Shown here in pieces: positions 59,997-64,000 of a DNA stretch of 64,000 bases. The position numbers and the translations under genes were made by a program. The DNA comes from Zootoca vivipara (lineage: Eukaryota). The stretch spans positions 62,000,001 through 62,064,000 of the forward strand of contig NC_083285.1 in assembly GCF_963506605.1 (NCBI RefSeq). The letters are read 5' to 3'. The notes under the pieces are model-generated. The model saw only the letters and a list, made by a program, of their open reading frames with translations, was not told the DNA's origin and made no database searches. Position 1 is the first letter of the stretch. Each line of letters starts with the position of its first letter.

Positions 59997-60505
59997 TTAT
60001 TTTTATTTATTAAATTTGTATACCGCCCTTCACCCGAAGATCACAGGGTGGATCACAACGTAAAAATACAAAATGAGAATGCAAAATACCTAATAAACAA
60101 AACAACCCCTCTCCTACCAACACATTTAAATAACCAGAAAATGTCCAGTCAGCCAAAAGCCTGGTTATAGAGACATATTTTTTGCCTGGCACCTAAAGAT
60201 ATGTAACAAAGGCACCAGGCGAGCCTCCCTGGGAAGAGCATTCTACAAATGGGGAGCCACCGCAGAAAAGGCCTGTTCTTGTGCTGCCACCATCCAGACC
60301 TCTTGTGGAGGAGACACCCAAAGAAGAGCCTCAGAAGATGATTGCAGGGTCCATGTTGGTTCATATGGGGAGAGGCGGTCCTTGAGGCATTGCAGTCCTG
60401 AGCCATTTAAGGCTTTATAGGTCAAAACCAGGACTTTGAATTGAGCCTGGAAACTAATTGGCATCCAGTGCAGTTGGGCCAGAATTGGGATCACATGCTC
60501 AAACC
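59997..60505 (-). mobile_element. 5'-truncated L2 LINE
   Basis: EHVIPILAQLHWMPISFQAQFKVLVLTYKALNGSG..LKDRLSPYEP..AFSAVAPHL; (TTTA)n tail at the left end. Confidence 0.85.
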
Positions 60506-60938
60506 ATCTTTGCTGCGTCTTACGATTTGCACACTCAAATGGCATAAGAAATCCAAACAAGTCAGTTGGCACACTATTGTGGCTGTTCTTGAGTAAATAA
60601 ATGCGTTTGAGAAGAAGTAAGACAATATACTGCTTGAAGGTTCGAAGCCGCATATCTTGAAGGATGAGTGCCCTGCTGTTGCTGGGAAGTTAAGGCCTTA
60701 TTAAGGGGGTACTGCATAAGGATTCATGGATTTTCGGCAAATGTACTTATTATGTCTAAAAAGGGTGTGCTGCTTACATGTTATGTGTGGAGGCCCAGCA
60801 GTTGCATATATTGCTGTGATGTACAGTTGTTGGGAAACCACTGTTGCTCATGAGGCCCTGCGTACTGCAACACTTTAATATTGGCTGCTTAGCCCTTTAA
60901 AACATTGTAAGCCCATCATGTTATCTTATTATCCTGTG

Positions 60939-61122
60939 CGGTCTTATCCAATAGGTAGATCGCTGGACATCTGTGGCAGATTGCGTGACACTTAGTGGTT
61001 TCCCCCCTCCCAATAAAGCTTTGGCTCCCCTAAAAAAAAAGCTCAACAACTCAATGGGTGATCACAGTCAGTATTTTTATAATGCGAGTAGATTACAGTC
61101 TCTTGGGAGTGGGACGTGCCTG
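60939..61122 (+). mobile_element. Old short hAT MITE of the 7166-8236 family
   Basis: Shares AGGTAGATCG, AAAAAGCTCAACAACT and GTAGAT.ACAGTCTCTTGGGAGT with the 7166-8236 element. Confidence 0.65.
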
Positions 61123-63418
61123 TCCTATAGCAATCTGGGAAGGTATATCAGGATTGTTATCTCAGTATTGCAGATGGGGGTGGGTGGGGCGGGGGATAGA
61201 GAGAGTAAATGAAGACCAGTCTACTAAGTCTATGGCTTCGGTTGACTAGCCTATCAAATATTTCCAGTTGTTGTTGGAATCCCATCTGTCTCCAGAGACA
61301 ATGAAATGGGCCTCCAGGAGTGAAGTAAAAAACCGCTGGAGAATCACAGCACCTGCTTTCGCTGCAGAGACCAGTAGCTTGTACCTGCTGCCTTCCGCAT
61401 TGTTTTTCATGTGTTTGCAGCACCAAAGTGACCTCTCCAGGACACAAACCTGGCTAGTGTGTATGGAGGTCCTGGCTGCCCAGACGACAAGGCCTCAATG
61501 GTGTGGTCCAAAGGAAAGGAAAGCAATACATTTGGCACCAGCTTGGCTGCTTATCATTTGATCCTAGTGAAATATTGCCCAATATTCCCACAGTATCACA
61601 GCATCTTATTCCATGATGTCAGGACTGGGCAAACATTTGTGTGCTGAATTTGGTAGGGGTGTAGGTGGAGCCACAGCAGCCGAAGGGTGGAGCCAGAGGC
61701 AAAATTGTTTTGCATTTAACTAATATGCATTAAAGAACTCCTGCTTCAGTTTTCACCATGGAAACCACAGAATTCCCAGTCCCACGCAGATGTACTCAGA
61801 AGTGTCAGTGGAATTGATTAAGTGGTCAACATTTTTCTTTTCTTTTTAGTTCAACAGGCAAAAGCAGCTATTCTGGAAATCAAGTGAAAGTAGTTAAATT
61901 CTGACTTTAGTTGTAATTGTCTATCTGGGTGAGAGCAAACACTAATACTCAGGGAAGACCCACTGGTTATCAGTGGTCTTAAAACTTAAAACTCTGATCT
62001 GAAGGAGCCAGGAATCAGTAACTGCATATCTCAGAACATATTTGTATGTCCGGCACAAAGTTTGGGGGATGCAGACTGCAGTGGGAAAGACTTGTTTTAG
62101 TCCTTTTCAATGGAGCTAACTTAAACACTGTGGAACTCCACTTCCAAAGATGGTTATAGCCATCTATTCTGTGTGAACATTTTTACTTGCAAAGTTTTAG
62201 AATCTAATATGCTTCATTGCCACTAGTTGTTGTAACTAACTGGCCTCTGGAATATTATCAATTATTAAAATTCAATTTTATGGTAATGCTGAATTTGAGC
62301 GTGTTGGTTGGGGACTGGCAAAAGAACAAAATTTACTCGTGTTCTAATTTTAAAATGAACCTGTGGAATATATTGCTACAAATAGGGCTCTTAAGTGAAT
62401 CAGATGTATTTGCTATAAAAATGCAGAAATCCATTATGTTAATAGTATGTCATAGTTGCAAAGTTAAGCACCCGTAAGTAAAACAAAAACACCCCCCCCA
62501 AAAGGTGTGTAATATGTAATACTCCGTTTAATGGTCTTTCCACTAGCATTTTGCATTACTCAAATTATTTTATGCTCAAATTAGTTGAATTCTCAGGGCA
62601 GCTACCGGTAGTAGAAAACAGATCCCAGCTTTCAAAGGAAACTACATGGGCTGCATTTTCCCATGCTATGAGATTTGGCTGATGTTGCTTCTTTAAAACC
62701 TGTGTGCGGTCCAAGAATAGAGATGCGTGCATGGGCAAATGTATTGTGGAGAAGGCTTGTGGCTTACCCAAATGCAGCGGATATATGATGCACAAGTTGT
62801 ATTTCCGTCACGTCCTTCAGAAGCTTCTATATTTTCAGCAGCTGAATGTTTAGTGGGTGACTAGTTCTCTATTGCTACTGCCGTACTTAGGAGGTTTCAG
62901 GGCATGTCTAAAAGGCCGTGGTACCCTGTGGTGCTTCTGCCCTGAGAATGAACCAATTAAATGGGGGGGGGGTTTGATTTCTCCCATCTCCCAAGTTGGC
63001 TGCCTATAACTTGCAAAGTGGAGATTTCTGTGCTCTCTAGGACTGACCAGAAAGGATGGGGTTGGGTGTGAGCCAGCATCGTGCCATTCCAAACTGAATA
63101 GGTTGTGTGCCAGATAATTCATTTCTCCTTCAGACTTGGACCTGCAACACTCAGCAGTACAGAACTGGCCCTGGACCTCATTATCTAGACCTCTTACTGT
63201 CCCAGGAACAGCCGGGCACATGGAAATTGAAGCTTCTGAAACAAATAGAGATTGTAAAAGAGAAACATTGGCAAATTTACACTCAAAAGCACCAGGGCAA
63301 CCTAATAGAGACCGCGGAGCTGGATTGGGATAATTTGTGGGGTAAACAAACCCACTAAAATCAGTATCAACTCATATACAAGAAAATACATAAAAAAAGA
63401 AAATACATTAAATTATTA

Positions 63419-63844
63419 CAGTGGTACCTCGGTTTATGAACACAATTGGTTCCAGAAGTCTGTTCATAAACTGAAGCATTCATAAACTGAAGTGAACTTT
63501 CCCATTGAAAGTAATGGAAAGTGGATTAATCTGTTCCAGACGGTCCGCGGAGTACTCAGTCTGAAGCGTACTTAACCCGAAGCATGGGTGTAATTGGTTC
63601 CGGAAGTCTGTTCATAAACTGAAGCGTTCATAAACTGAAGCAAACTTTCCCATTGAAAGTAATGGAAAGTGGATTAATCTGTTTCAGACGGTCCGCGGAG
63701 TACTTAAACTGAAGCGTTCATAAACTGAAGCGAACTTTCCCATTGAAAGTAATGGAAAGTGAATTAATCCGTTCCAGATGGGTCCGCGGCGTTTGTAAAC
63801 CGAAACTTCGTAAACCGAGGTGTTCAGAAACCGAGGTTCCACTG
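63419..63844. mobile_element. Tc1/mariner MITE with internal tandem repeats
   Basis: TA|CAGTGGTACCTCGGTTT...AAACCGAGGTTCCACTG|TA; three copies of AACTTTCCCATTGAAAGTAATGGAAAGTG.ATTAATC. Confidence 0.92.
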
Positions 63845-64000
63845 TACACTGATGGCATTTGACACCGTTACGATGTAGCTATATTAATGAAACAATCTTG
63901 CCATTATGCTGGAGAGGCTGCAATAGTATACAGTATAGGCACAGCATTTCACATGTGGTGGATGTGGGAACATATAAAACCCTTCTGGCAGAGGTTATGT

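Noticed and set aside
61850-61889. 40-nt phase 2-to-0 open segment after a good acceptor, the size I recall for the next USP6NL exon
   Set aside because: Its translation (STGKSSYSGNQVK) does not resemble EEELP.. and the donor AAA|GTAGTT is weak; the true next exon is probably beyond 64000.

Overview
Eukaryotic DNA, almost certainly from a squamate and probably a lacertid lizard. The inference rests on Podarcis-type Sauria SINEs, BovB and the MITE complement. The window is mostly intron of a USP6NL (RN-tre, TBC-domain Rab-GAP) gene on the + strand. An ATG-bearing exon at 11384-11456 (MIQVLQIVKELVSPARRRTDSAKK-G) splices in phase across about 44 kb to exons at 55688-55761 and 56881-56963. A second candidate first coding exon lies at 42451-42511. 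The rest is a dense transposon landscape: a full-length BovB/RTE LINE with an intact EN-RT ORF, a young 5'-truncated L1, L2/CR1/Rex1 fragments, Sauria SINEs, a solo LTR, a non-autonomous Helitron, nine Tc1/mariner-pogo-type MITEs, several hAT MITEs, and Penelope-like palindromes carrying minimal hammerhead ribozymes. The most unusual object is a 2.3-kb, apparently full-length, non-autonomous L1-like retroelement at 38016-40318 (minus strand, 19-bp TSD). It has a CpG-rich promoter, a candidate 5'UTR intron and a single 134-aa ORF with no RT. Its 3' region holds four long G-U-rich RNA hairpins (about 80-100 nt) with different stems but an invariant GGUGGCAG apical loop, an architecture resembling a pri-miRNA cassette. 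All family names come from recalled consensus features and hand analysis; no database search or folding program was run.
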